In this document: positions 42,403-52,621 of the stretch, piece after piece
Position numbering within the stretch: the first letter of the stretch is position 1
Layout: each line of letters starts with the position of its first letter
Source of the DNA: an uncultured delta proteobacterium
Lineage (GTDB): Bacteria; Desulfobacterota; Binatia; UBA9968
Assembly: GCA_963771465.1 (NCBI GenBank)
Contig: CAVYTU010000014.1
Span: forward strand, 960,001 to 1,024,000
Length of the DNA stretch: 64,000 bases
Direction of reading: 5' to 3'
Made by a program: the position numbers and the translations under genes
Notes under the pieces: generated by a model
What the model was told of the DNA's origin: nothing
What the model saw: only the letters and a program-made list of their open reading frames with translations
Database searches by the model: none

Positions 42403-43452
42403 TTAGTTCCAGCCGAACAAGCGTTTGCCGTTGTCGTGCAGGATTTTGCTTTTGGCCTCCTCCGAGATGTCGGTGCGGTCGAGCAAATCGGCGGTGAAGG
42501 CCGAACCGCTATGGGGATAATCCGTGGCAAAAACAATCAAATCATCGCCGATCCTGTCAAGCACATGGGGCAGCGCTTTTTCTTCGGGCTCGGCCGAGTA
42601 GAAAAAATTTCCACCGGTCATGTAAGCGCTCGGTTTTCTTTTCAACAGCGGCGCATCGCCACGGCGTTTCTCCCATTTGGCGTCGAGAAAATCCATCCAA
42701 TAGGGCACCCAGGCGACGCGGTTTTCCAAAAATGCGACGCGCAAACGCGGGAATTTCTCGACGACTCCGCCGTAGATCAACGCCGCGCAATCGTACAAGG
42801 TAGCGACCGGCCGCCCAACCGTATGCTGCAAGAGAAAACTATCGGCGCGCCGGTCTCCCGTCGGGCCTTGAATCGAAGCATGTATCATCAATGGAACATT
42901 GAGCCGTTCCATCTCTTCGTAGATTGGCCAGAACGTCGTCGAGCCGATGTGCTCTTTGAGGCCGAATGACGAGAGCACGACGCCGCTAAGCCCAAGCTGG
43001 GTGACGGCTCGTTTAAGCTCAGCGACGGCGGCCGGGACGTCTTGAAATGGCAGCAGGGCGACGGCCTTGAGCTGTCCAGCTTCACGGCAAAGCCCGCCGA
43101 TAGAATCGTTGTAAGCGCGGCAAAACGCCCCTGCGAACTGCTTGTCCCGTTGCGTCCCGACGTCCATCGCGCGGCTGGGAAAGAGCAACGAGTAAACGAT
43201 TCCCTCGTCTTTCATCACCGATAAACGTTTCTCCAGATCGCCGGGTGCGCGCGGCCGGCGCCGCACCCGCACATGCCATTCATCCATGCCGAGCAGCGGC
43301 CCCTGTTTATTGCGAAAAGGCTCCGGCATGAGCGGGCGTAGGTCGTCGTCGGATTCGATGACGTGGGCATCCATGTCGTAAATCTGAATCTTAGCTTTGA
43401 GTGCCTGGCGTGTTTTTTCGATCGCTTGCTGGGCTTGTGTTTCCATCGCCAC
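42403..43452 (-). CDS. Amidohydrolase family protein (Amidohydro_2)
   Basis: YDMDAH, PLMIH, FPRLRVAFLE and ATDYPH motifs. Confidence 0.9.
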   Translation of the reverse strand: MAMETQAQQAIEKTRQALKAKIQIYDMDAHVIESDDDLRPLMPEPFRNKQGPLLGMDEWHVRVRRRPRAPGDLEKRLSVMKDEGIVYSLLFPSRAMDVGTQRDKQFAGAFCRAYNDSIGGLCREAGQLKAVALLPFQDVPAAVAELKRAVTQLGLSGVVLSSFGLKEHIGSTTFWPIYEEMERLNVPLMIHASIQGPTGDRRADSFLLQHTVGRPVATLYDCAALIYGGVVEKFPRLRVAFLENRVAWVPYWMDFLDAKWEKRRGDAPLLKRKPSAYMTGGNFFYSAEPEEKALPHVLDRIGDDLIVFATDYPHSGSAFTADLLDRTDISEEAKSKILHDNGKRLFGWN

Positions 43453-43492
43453 TCCTTGTTTCAGAAGATTTGCAAATTATTATTACGCGGCG

Positions 43493-44491
43493 TCATTTAC
43501 TATAAATCTCGTTCATGATTTTTTGATATTTGTCGGCACCCGTGCGCGCTTGGGCCGACAAGAAGAGCAGTTTCTTACGATCGATGCCGTCCTTTATGGA
43601 AATGTCGTCTCGCATCACCGACTTGCCGGATTTGGCCATGACCGTTTGCCCTTCCTTGGACAAAACATAATCGACCAGGAGCCGAGCAGCGTTAGGATGT
43701 GGCGCCATTCCTAAAATCCCAATGGTTTGAATGTCCGCGTAAAGCGGATCTTCGAGACGAGCCCATTCAACTGAAAGTCCTTTCTCAGTGAAACTCTTGA
43801 TGCCGTCATGGTTCAGCGGCAAAGCGATCTCCACTTCTCCGCTGCCGAGCCACTGTTGAACCATCAATGTCGTTCCACGCCCTGGACGGGGATTGAGTCC
43901 GGCAAATTTGCGCAAAAAATCCATTCCCTTCTCAGCTCCGAAGAAATCCAGCATCGCATAGATCCATCCGTAGTTGTTCAAATTGATAGCAGCTTTGCCT
44001 TTCCACCGATCGCGCAGCAGGTCGTTGTAACGTTTGGGGACATCGGCCCCGGTGACCATGCGGCTATTATAGGCAATCGTCAGAATCGTAAAGTAAACAC
44101 CGCTGTAAAACCCGCGATCCTCGGGCGGACGTTCCGGCGAGCTATATTTTTGAAAAATGGTAGGCGTTTCCATGAGCATGAGGTCGAGAGAATCGGCGCC
44201 GGTGAGAACGAGATCGGCATTGTCCCGCTTGCCCACTCGCCGTTCCGTCAAGATCTTGGTAACCAGTGTCGAGCTTCCTTGCCGGTTTACTTCCACTCTG
44301 ATGCCGGGATATTTAGCGGAAAAAGCATCGACCAACGGTTGTGAATCTTCTAAATTGAGTGAGGTGTAAAGAACCGCTGAGCCTTCTTTTTTCGCTTCCT
44401 CGTAGCCGGCGCTTGCAGGTCCTGTGTTGCCGAGGAAGCAAACCAGCGCTCCCGCCATAATTATGATGCTTACTTGCGCCGAAGTTTTCAT
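43493..44491 (-). CDS. Extracellular solute-binding protein (Fe3+/thiamine-like)
   Basis: AKKEG, YTSLN and APHPNAARLLVDYVLSKEGQ motifs. Confidence 0.9.
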   Translation of the reverse strand: MKTSAQVSIIIMAGALVCFLGNTGPASAGYEEAKKEGSAVLYTSLNLEDSQPLVDAFSAKYPGIRVEVNRQGSSTLVTKILTERRVGKRDNADLVLTGADSLDLMLMETPTIFQKYSSPERPPEDRGFYSGVYFTILTIAYNSRMVTGADVPKRYNDLLRDRWKGKAAINLNNYGWIYAMLDFFGAEKGMDFLRKFAGLNPRPGRGTTLMVQQWLGSGEVEIALPLNHDGIKSFTEKGLSVEWARLEDPLYADIQTIGILGMAPHPNAARLLVDYVLSKEGQTVMAKSGKSVMRDDISIKDGIDRKKLLFLSAQARTGADKYQKIMNEIYSK

Positions 44492-44512
44492 GGTCGCGCC
44501 TCCTTGCTCAGC

Positions 44513-45508
44513 CTATTTGGTAAATAGATCGACCATCATCTTGTCGTATTCTTCGACCTTGGCGCGCGCTTCCGGGCCAACGATTCGAAGAGTCTTGCGA
44601 TCGATTTGCAGTTTTGTCGCTACATCATTTCGCACTGTAAATTTATCCAGACCAGCCAGTATCGTTTGGCCTTCCTTCGAGACGACGAAATCGACTAACA
44701 ACCGCGCTGCATTGGGATGTTGGGCATTTCCCAAGATGGCAATGCCGTGCACATCCGCATACACCGGGTCTTGGACCGCTGACAACGCTACCGGCGCTCC
44801 CTTGTTGATAAATGCGATTACCCCATCGTGATTGAGGGCGATGCCGACTTCCGCGTCGCCGGCGATCACGCTCTGCATGAGCTGGGTGGTGCCGCGGTAG
44901 GCGCGTGGTCCTGTCGCGGCCAATTTCTTGAGAAAGCTTATGCCGTTCTCGTTGCCGAAAAATTCCATCATGGAATAGATCCAGGTCGGATTGCCGAGGT
45001 TGACGGCAAGCTTGCCGCGCCAGCGTTCGTGGAGCAGGTCCTGATAGCGGCGCGGCGCGACGTCGGCGCCGACGAGGTTTTTGTTAAAGGCGATGCTGTG
45101 CACGCTCATATACGTGGCGGTCCAAAATTCGCCTTTCTCGGGTTTTGATTCCGGCGAGCTGTATTTCTGGAAATAGCCGCGGCCTTGCAGCAGATCGAGA
45201 TACTCGGCGCCCACCATGACGACGTCGGCGATGTCTTTGCCGGAGCGACGCTCGGTCATGACCTTTTGCAGTACGCTATTGGCGCTCTGACGATTAACCG
45301 TTACCTCGACGCCGGGATATTTCTTCGTGAACGCGGCGATAAGTTTTTCGCTATCCTCGACGTTGAGCGAGGTGTACCAGAGCGCCTGTTTTTCGCCCTT
45401 GGCTGCGTCATACCAGTTAGCGACAGCGCCATTTACATTGCCAGAGAAAAACACAATGACGAAATGACACAAAATGAAAAGAGCCGAACGATTCGAGTTC
45501 AGAGCCAT
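44513..45508 (-). CDS. Extracellular solute-binding protein, paralogue of 43493-44491
   Basis: WYTSLN and HPNAARLLVDFVVSKEGQ; start MALNS after GGAGG. Confidence 0.88.
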   Translation of the reverse strand: MALNSNRSALFILCHFVIVFFSGNVNGAVANWYDAAKGEKQALWYTSLNVEDSEKLIAAFTKKYPGVEVTVNRQSANSVLQKVMTERRSGKDIADVVMVGAEYLDLLQGRGYFQKYSSPESKPEKGEFWTATYMSVHSIAFNKNLVGADVAPRRYQDLLHERWRGKLAVNLGNPTWIYSMMEFFGNENGISFLKKLAATGPRAYRGTTQLMQSVIAGDAEVGIALNHDGVIAFINKGAPVALSAVQDPVYADVHGIAILGNAQHPNAARLLVDFVVSKEGQTILAGLDKFTVRNDVATKLQIDRKTLRIVGPEARAKVEEYDKMMVDLFTK

Positions 45509-45561
45509 TCTGTCCTCCGTGTTTCTCGATTCTATTATTCGTCGAGAGTCAAATCTCATGA

Positions 45562-46902
45562 TTACACAGGCCCGCCGGCTTGCAGCAACTGGGTCAACTG
45601 GCGGACGGTGGGCAGTTCTTCCAGGTGACTGACGCGGTCGACGATCTGGTCGGCCCGCGGTTGCGAGAATGCGCTGCTTACAGACTGCATGAATTTTTCG
45701 CGAACCGGCGGCCATTCGGTGAGATTGGCAATCGGTTGGAACGGTTCGGAGAATCTTTTGCCGTTTTTCAAAATCACTGTCAGTATTTCTTCATTGCTGT
45801 GACTGGTGCGTTGAATCAAGTTTTGTATGCGCGGATCTGCCAATCGTTCGTTGACAAAATCGTCCGGCTTGACCGTGCCGTGGACCAGAGTCATCGCCAG
45901 GCAGAAAGGCATGCTGAAGCGGCCTTCGTAGCCGCGGCTTGGCCGCGCGCGCACCAGCGGATAAGGGCGTAAATCGCATTCGATGGCGTCGACGTCGTCC
46001 GCGGTGATTTTTTCCCGTTGGCGCAAACGCAGCATGGCTTCCAGCCCGCTATGGGTTGCCGTGCAGGAGGCAAAGGGTTTGATCCGCAAACTGTGAGCGA
46101 GATCCCACTCGACGCCGAGGTTCTTACCGAGGGATTCGAGAATTTCATCACTCAAAGGCCCGACCGCTTCTAATAGCCCATAGCGGCCTTCGAGCACGGT
46201 GTCGTCGCTGGAAAATCCTGCCTGCGCGAGTAACGCCGTTGTCACGCCGGTAGCGGCGGCGTGGCCACAGCGAAACGGCTTGGCCATGGTGCCGCCGTCG
46301 CGGGTGAGCGCGCCGCAGGCGCCGGCCGACAGACCGATCGCCGCCAGTGTTTGCGTTGGATTTAACCGATAGATTCGGCTCGCCGAGCACGCCGCGGCAA
46401 TCGGGCCGAGTATTCCATTTGAATGCCAGCCGCGCGCGCCCGGGCCGATGCCGCTGGAGCGGGACGAGAAGATGCGATCCAAACTCGCGCGTACTTCACG
46501 GCCGATGATGAATGCTTCCAATGCTTGTCGCCCCGTGGACTCGGTGCTTTCCGCCGTCGCGATGGACGCAGCAAGGGTGTAAGTCGTCGAGTGATTTCTG
46601 TCGTCGTAATCGAGGCCATGCGCCAAGGTGCCGTTGAGAAACGCCGCGTCACGAGAGCTGGCTCTAGTTTCCATACCCCACACCGTGCAGTTGCCGGCGC
46701 CGACATTCGCCTTGGCAAATTTGTTCAAGCAATCGCCGATCTCTTGCTGGGTCGCCAAAACCGACACACCTAAACAGTCGAGTATCGCTAGCTTGGCATT
46801 GCTGATTACCGCCGTCGGCGCCTGCGTTAGCTGAAAATTTTGCGTGAACTCGGCGAGCTTTCGCGATAAACCGTCGATCGCTTTGTGCAAGGAATCGCTC
46901 AT
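45562..46902 (-). CDS. MmgE/PrpD family protein (paralogue of 39896-41224)
   Basis: AKLAILDCLGV, HGLDYDD and GPGARGWH motifs. Confidence 0.9.
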   Translation of the reverse strand: MSDSLHKAIDGLSRKLAEFTQNFQLTQAPTAVISNAKLAILDCLGVSVLATQQEIGDCLNKFAKANVGAGNCTVWGMETRASSRDAAFLNGTLAHGLDYDDRNHSTTYTLAASIATAESTESTGRQALEAFIIGREVRASLDRIFSSRSSGIGPGARGWHSNGILGPIAAACSASRIYRLNPTQTLAAIGLSAGACGALTRDGGTMAKPFRCGHAAATGVTTALLAQAGFSSDDTVLEGRYGLLEAVGPLSDEILESLGKNLGVEWDLAHSLRIKPFASCTATHSGLEAMLRLRQREKITADDVDAIECDLRPYPLVRARPSRGYEGRFSMPFCLAMTLVHGTVKPDDFVNERLADPRIQNLIQRTSHSNEEILTVILKNGKRFSEPFQPIANLTEWPPVREKFMQSVSSAFSQPRADQIVDRVSHLEELPTVRQLTQLLQAGGPV

Positions 46903-46923
46903 GAATAACCTCGAAAAAATGTC

Positions 46924-47955
46924 TTAGCGCTTGCCGTAGAGCGCGTCGATATAACCGCTCTCGTCGAGCTTGCGAACGAAACGGTTGTCGATAAGATCGT
47001 CGACTTTGACGCGGCTCACATTGGCATTCAAGCTGCCCATCATGCGCTGGATATTGCGCAGCCCTTCGGCGCTACCGTAGGGTTTTCTCTCGAAGCCGAC
47101 GAGCAGATCCTGATAGCCCTCTTCCAGCGTGATTGGATCGTTGAGTTTCATTTGCTGCATCATGGTTTTCAGCACGATGTTTCGGTTGGTGGGAAGCGAA
47201 ATGAACGCTTGCGCTTCGAGCAAACCCTTGAGCATTGCCTCGACGACATCCGGCCGATCGCGCAGGTAGTTGCCGTTGACCACGAGACTGGTGTTGACGA
47301 ACGGAATCTTGGCGTGCTGGAGCTCGACGAGAACCGCCAGCCCCTTCTGTTTCATCCGGCGGCTGAGGAAGGGATCGAGCAGTGTGGCATCGATGTTACC
47401 GGCCTCGATGGCTTGCGCAAGAATCGTCTGATTGCCAATGGCGTTGATGCGAACATGATCGCGGTTGGCATCCAAGCCGAGATGTTCGAGGGCGAGTATC
47501 GCCGCCATCCAAGTCGTGCCGCCGATGTTGGTGACGCCGAAGCGTTTGCCGCGTAGATCTTTCGCTTCCTTAATCTCGGGACGGACGACGACATCGTAGG
47601 AAAGTCGATTGCTCGGGCTGGCGACGATTTTCAAATCCTGTCCGCCCGACACCGCCGAGAGCACCGGCGCGCCGCCGCTGCTGCCAAACTGCACATCGCC
47701 GGTGGCCATGGCGGTCATCTGCAAGTTACTGCTGCGCAAATAAATCGTCTCGACGTCGAGGCCATGTCTGGCGAAAAATCCTTGGCCCTTGGCAATCCAC
47801 AGCACCGCGGAACGGGTGTTTACCGCGGACTGACTCATGCGCAGTTTGGTCAACGACGGTTTGGCGGTTGTCGACGACGCGGCGGCGAAGCCATCGAAAG
47901 CGCCGAGCAACAGCAATAAAAGCGCGGATAGTTTTATAAATACACGTATGCTCAC
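46924..47955 (-). CDS. ABC substrate-binding protein, SsuA/NMT1/THI5 type
   Basis: LWIAK.QGFF..HGLD and DLRGKRFGVT motifs. Confidence 0.88.
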   Translation of the reverse strand: MSIRVFIKLSALLLLLLGAFDGFAAASSTTAKPSLTKLRMSQSAVNTRSAVLWIAKGQGFFARHGLDVETIYLRSSNLQMTAMATGDVQFGSSGGAPVLSAVSGGQDLKIVASPSNRLSYDVVVRPEIKEAKDLRGKRFGVTNIGGTTWMAAILALEHLGLDANRDHVRINAIGNQTILAQAIEAGNIDATLLDPFLSRRMKQKGLAVLVELQHAKIPFVNTSLVVNGNYLRDRPDVVEAMLKGLLEAQAFISLPTNRNIVLKTMMQQMKLNDPITLEEGYQDLLVGFERKPYGSAEGLRNIQRMMGSLNANVSRVKVDDLIDNRFVRKLDESGYIDALYGKR

Positions 47956-47997
47956 GAGAGCGCCTGTTCGAGACTGCCGAAGAGCCCGCCAATCGTC

Positions 47998-49140
47998 CTA
48001 CGCTACATTATAGAACTTGGCGCAGTTGTCCCAGATCAGCTTCTGTTTAATCTGGTTTGGAACTCCTTTGAACTGGCTCTCTATCACTTCCGGTGAGTGC
48101 GGCCAGGTGGAACCGCCATGAGGATAGTCGCTTGCCCACATATAATTGTCGGCCATGTCGAAGACTTCGGTACCAAGCACGCCAATGCGATCGTCTTGGA
48201 ATGTGATGTACAATTGCCGCCGAATGAGTTCACTGGGAAGCAAAGAGACGGTTTTACCATCCGGCACTTCCGAGCGAGCTCTTTGCAGGGTGCCGTCCAT
48301 TTTGCTGATGAACGGATGGAGCCAGGAGAGATCGTACTCAGCGAGCACAACGCGGAGCTTGGGAAATCGTTCCAACACGCCACCGAACACCAGGTCGGTG
48401 GTGAGTTTCAGCGGCTCGAGAATCGCGCGATTAACGGCGTTGCGGCCCTGTTGCACCGGAGTAATAACTTTAAGCCGCGCCGCCATGCGATCGCGGCCTT
48501 GGACGATGTTAACATGATAGTGAATCGGAAAATTCATGTCCTGAGCCAGCGTCCACAGTGGATCGAACTCTGGATCACAATAACTCATGCCTTCAGGCAA
48601 CGCCGACGGCAACACTACGCCCTTATGGCCGCGCTTGGCGCAGCGTTTCATTTCCTCTAAGGACCATTCGACATCGAGCGCAGAGAGCAAACCCAAAGCG
48701 AGTAAGCGCTTGGGTGCTACGGCGCAATAATCCAGCAGCCAATCGTTATAGGCGATGAGTCCAGCTTTTTGCAGCGGCGTTTCTTCGCCTTTGAGGCTAT
48801 AAAAATTGCGCGCCATGCTCGGATAGAGCACTTCCATTTTGACGCCGTCTAGATCCATATCTCCCAGGCGCGCATGGGCGTCCCACGGTCCGCGCCAATC
48901 TTCCCAAGTGAAATTCTCAATGACCTTGCGAATCGCGCCGCCGCTTTTGTCTTTGCCTGCAGTAAACGTCATTCCCACCGGGTCGGGCTCGTGGCCGTCG
49001 AAAACCATGTAGAGGCCTTTCTTTCCGGGCGGATCTTGGACAAAACGCGGCCCATGCTCGCGCAGATTCTTCGGGATTCGTTCCCAAGCTTCAGGTGGTT
49101 CGTTGACGTGGGAATCCGATGAGAAAAATGTTGGTTCCAC
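47998..49140 (-). CDS. Amidohydrolase family protein (Amidohydro_2)
   Basis: SSDSHVNEP, DMDLDGV..EVLYPS and WASDYPH motifs. Confidence 0.9.
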   Translation of the reverse strand: MEPTFFSSDSHVNEPPEAWERIPKNLREHGPRFVQDPPGKKGLYMVFDGHEPDPVGMTFTAGKDKSGGAIRKVIENFTWEDWRGPWDAHARLGDMDLDGVKMEVLYPSMARNFYSLKGEETPLQKAGLIAYNDWLLDYCAVAPKRLLALGLLSALDVEWSLEEMKRCAKRGHKGVVLPSALPEGMSYCDPEFDPLWTLAQDMNFPIHYHVNIVQGRDRMAARLKVITPVQQGRNAVNRAILEPLKLTTDLVFGGVLERFPKLRVVLAEYDLSWLHPFISKMDGTLQRARSEVPDGKTVSLLPSELIRRQLYITFQDDRIGVLGTEVFDMADNYMWASDYPHGGSTWPHSPEVIESQFKGVPNQIKQKLIWDNCAKFYNVA

Positions 49141-49252
49141 TTGTTTACCTCCAGCGAGTTACTGACTTATACAATTCGTTAATTAAAATTTTCTGGTCAT
49201 TTTAATACTTGATGAATTTCTCAACGCACAATCGGTTATTCCACAAAAGTCG

Positions 49253-50305
49253 CTACCGGTACAAACGGTCGATAAATTGGCTCTCTTCTAGTTTGCGATA
49301 AATGCGCTCGTCGACGAGCTCTTCGGCTTTCACTTTGGTGACGCCCGGGTTGTAGCGCATTACCCGCTGAATATTTTTCAGTCCAGCCACGTCCGGGTAT
49401 GGCTTCTTGGCGATCAATTTGTCGAGATCCTGAAAGGTTTCCTTAGCGGTAATCGGGTCGGTGATTTTTAAGCGCTCGGCCAAAAACCTGAGCACAATAT
49501 CTCGGTTAGCAGGTTTATACAGAAACGCGGTGGATTCGATCATGACCTTTAAAACATTCTCGACGACATCCGGCTGCTGCTGCAGGTAACTGCGGGACAC
49601 CACTAGACCGGAGCTGGCGAACGGTAGTTTGGCGCTCGACAGCTCGGCCAGGACGCGAAATCCTTTTCGCTTGAGCTCTCTGGAGAGCGCGGGTTCGACT
49701 AAGATCGCGTCGACTCTGCCGGAATTAAGTGATTGGACAAGCACCGTTTGATCGCCGATGCCTTGCAGTCGAATGCGATCCCGCTCGGGACTGAGACCGA
49801 AATGCTCCAAACCTAAGATCGCGCCGATCCAAGTGGTGCCGCCGATGTTGGTAACGCCAAGGTCTCGGCCGCGCAACTCCTCAATGCTTTTTATTTCTGG
49901 TTTGGCGACGATGTCCCAATAAACACCCTGGCCGAAGGTGGCGACGATTTTCAGATCATGTCCCGCGGCCGCAGCGCTCAGTGTTGGCGCGCCGCCGGTA
50001 TGGCTTAGCTGCACTTCATTGGTGGTGAGCGCCATCATCTGAATGGTGCTGTTACGCACATAGACTGGCTCGAGATCGAGATTGTACTTCTTGAACAAAC
50101 CTTGGCTCGTGGCGATCCACAGGGGCGCGGCGGTGACGCCGACGTTAGATTGGCTCAAGCGAATCCTTGCCGCGGCGCCAAGATTCTGTGTCATGATTAT
50201 CGGTAGCAATGAAGCGATCAGGACCGCGATCCTGGCGAGTTTGTATCGGTGTCTCGACGAGAGGAGGCGAAGGCAAGTTGTATTCGGCCACAGTTGCGTT
50301 TTCAT
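49253..50305 (-). CDS. ABC substrate-binding protein, SsuA/NMT1/THI5 type
   Basis: PLWIA..QGLFKKYNLD; GVTNIGGTTW shared with 46924-47955. Confidence 0.88.
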   Translation of the reverse strand: MKTQLWPNTTCLRLLSSRHRYKLARIAVLIASLLPIIMTQNLGAAARIRLSQSNVGVTAAPLWIATSQGLFKKYNLDLEPVYVRNSTIQMMALTTNEVQLSHTGGAPTLSAAAAGHDLKIVATFGQGVYWDIVAKPEIKSIEELRGRDLGVTNIGGTTWIGAILGLEHFGLSPERDRIRLQGIGDQTVLVQSLNSGRVDAILVEPALSRELKRKGFRVLAELSSAKLPFASSGLVVSRSYLQQQPDVVENVLKVMIESTAFLYKPANRDIVLRFLAERLKITDPITAKETFQDLDKLIAKKPYPDVAGLKNIQRVMRYNPGVTKVKAEELVDERIYRKLEESQFIDRLYR

Positions 50306-50314
50306 AATCTCCCG

Positions 50315-51397
50315 TCAGCGCTTGCTGATGAACAGCCGGCGCTTGTATCCTTCCCATTCATTAAATTTCTTCTCCATTTCGTCCGGCGGGTAGCGACTTT
50401 CGATATAAACCTTTTTGAACTTTTGCTCTTGCGAACCGATGTCGCTGCGCGCCGAACTTAAACCGCCCTTTAAAACCGTCTGTTGTCCTTCTTTGGAGTG
50501 GAGAAAGTCGAGGAAGAGCAGCGCGGCGTGAGGATTAGGCGCTCTAACAACCATTCCCGAAGTGCCGGTGGTCGCGATCACGGGATCGATGGGGCGCCAC
50601 TCCACAGGCGCGCCTTTTTGCTTGGCGACGGCGATGTTCGAATTGAAAATCGTCGGTGACAAAGGCACCTCGCCAGAAGCCACGAGTTGCGCCAACGCCG
50701 CGCCGGAGATGTTCTGCACGTTTATTTCCTGCCCGGCAATTTTTTCGAGAAACTCACGGCCAAAAGTTTCCACCAGGGCGCCGATCCACTGAGTGCCGGT
50801 GGTTGTGCCCGCGATGGACATCTTGCCTTTCCATTTAGGATCGAGCAGATCCTTCATCGTCTTGGGCGCGTCGGCCGGCGGAATGATTTTGCTGTTGAAA
50901 CCCAAACTGATGTAAAGCTCGCGACTAGTCCAATGAAGATAACCATTCTTGCCTTTGAACTTGACGTGGTCGTCGTAGGGACCGAGCTCGGGAGAAAACA
51001 CTTCTTGAAATCCATTGGCAGCGACCAAGAGCGCCATATAGTCAGGACTGGTTTCGACCACGTCGGCGATGAAGCGGCCGGCCGCCATCTCATCGGTTAA
51101 ACGTTTGAGCAGCTCTTTGGAGTCGCTGCGCCAGACGTTGGTTTTGATGAACGGATATTTCTTACCAAACTCCTCGGACACGTGACCCGCCATCCAGGTG
51201 TTGGAGGTGTAAAAAGTTACCTGCCCTTCCTTCTTCGCGCCGTCGAGCAAAATTTGACCGCGATCTTTGCCTTGATAAAGCGCCAGCTCTGCGCCGGCGA
51301 GGGTTTTAGTTTGCGCCGCGTTCAGTGCTGCCAACGGCCAATGCGCGGCCGTTATGATGATCGCGAGTAGAATACCGTTGAGAGTTCTAAGCGTCAT
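50315..51397 (-). CDS. Extracellular solute-binding protein (Fe3+/thiamine-like)
   Basis: GAKKEG, DLLDPKWKGKM and ASGEVPLSPTIF; close to 32011-33090. Confidence 0.9.
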   Translation of the reverse strand: MTLRTLNGILLAIIITAAHWPLAALNAAQTKTLAGAELALYQGKDRGQILLDGAKKEGQVTFYTSNTWMAGHVSEEFGKKYPFIKTNVWRSDSKELLKRLTDEMAAGRFIADVVETSPDYMALLVAANGFQEVFSPELGPYDDHVKFKGKNGYLHWTSRELYISLGFNSKIIPPADAPKTMKDLLDPKWKGKMSIAGTTTGTQWIGALVETFGREFLEKIAGQEINVQNISGAALAQLVASGEVPLSPTIFNSNIAVAKQKGAPVEWRPIDPVIATTGTSGMVVRAPNPHAALLFLDFLHSKEGQQTVLKGGLSSARSDIGSQEQKFKKVYIESRYPPDEMEKKFNEWEGYKRRLFISKR

Positions 51398-51426
51398 TGA
51401 TAATTCCTCCTGGAGGCGACACGAGT

Positions 51427-52608
51427 TTAATCGAAGTAACCTGCTTTGTAGGCCCACAACCATAGATAGGCGATTTTTTCGTTGTGGAGCTCAGCATAGC
51501 CGACATGGCCATAACGTGGGATCAAGACGACATGAGCGCCGCGCGTGGCCGCGGCGTACTTGGCGCCCATAAACATCTCGCGCTTATTTTCCAGCGGCGC
51601 GCCGCCGTTGACCCAATGGCCTTTGTCGTTCTCGCCGGCGACGAGCAGCACGCGAATGGTTTTCAGCCAACTCGCGTCAGGTTCTTGTAGATGGTCGAAA
51701 TATTCTTCCCGGGGCAGGCCGGTACGCTTGGGATACTCTTCCAATATTCCCAGTGCCGCGTTGTGCTGATTGTCGCACAGACTGGTTTTCATCTGTGAAC
51801 GGAGCGGTGTGGCCAGCCGGATGTAGTCGTCGGCGCCGCCCCAGGGCGTCAGGTCTTCGGGGTCGACGTAACCCGAATTCTTGAACGAATCCGGAGAACG
51901 GCGCGAGACATGGTCAACCGGTTTCTCGCCATATTTTTCTGCGCTGGTCTGGTTACGCCACTCCAAGCGCCAACCGTCGGGGCCGCCGCTGCCGAAGCCG
52001 ACGATGCCGATCACTTTGGTTTTCTGAGAGAAGCGTGTCAGGTGCGCCGCCATCGGCCCGCCCGTCGAGTGACCGAAACCGATAATTTCGCGTCCGGCGA
52101 GATGTTGATCGGTGAGCAGGCCGGCGCCCTGAAGAATGACGTTGAAGGTACATTTGAGATTGCGATCGAGAATTTCCTCCCTCGGCAATTCTCGATCGAG
52201 CAGATAAATCGGCATGCGTTCGGCGACGGGAATATCCCAAATCCCGCCCGGCGGATAATGGCCGGGATAGGTGAGCGATAAAACTTTGAAGCCTTGGGCG
52301 GCGAGCACGCGCGCAAGCCCAGGCCGGCCATCGGGCGTGAAGTCCATGATCTTTTCGCTGGCGGCGCCGCCGTGAAAAAAAACGAAGCCGCGTATGCCGT
52401 CGAGCTCCCGCTCCGGCGCGTAAAGAGTGCCGTGCATGTCCCAGTCATAGCCGTTGCGCCGGTAGCGGGTAGTAACATCTTGGGTGCTGAAATTTCCAAC
52501 TGGATACGGCGGCGCAATGGCGAGCCAATCCTCCCAGCTGAGTTTCAAGAGTAACTGTTTTGAGTTAAGGCCGTTTAGATAGGTTTCGATGACTTCAGTG
52601 GCTGCCAT
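51427..52608 (-). CDS. Alpha/beta-fold hydrolase-like protein
   Basis: FFHGG, nucleophile elbow GHSTGG, AGEND and GHV. Confidence 0.7.
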   Translation of the reverse strand: MAATEVIETYLNGLNSKQLLLKLSWEDWLAIAPPYPVGNFSTQDVTTRYRRNGYDWDMHGTLYAPERELDGIRGFVFFHGGAASEKIMDFTPDGRPGLARVLAAQGFKVLSLTYPGHYPPGGIWDIPVAERMPIYLLDRELPREEILDRNLKCTFNVILQGAGLLTDQHLAGREIIGFGHSTGGPMAAHLTRFSQKTKVIGIVGFGSGGPDGWRLEWRNQTSAEKYGEKPVDHVSRRSPDSFKNSGYVDPEDLTPWGGADDYIRLATPLRSQMKTSLCDNQHNAALGILEEYPKRTGLPREEYFDHLQEPDASWLKTIRVLLVAGENDKGHWVNGGAPLENKREMFMGAKYAAATRGAHVVLIPRYGHVGYAELHNEKIAYLWLWAYKAGYFD

Positions 52609-52621
52609 AATTGCCTCTCGC

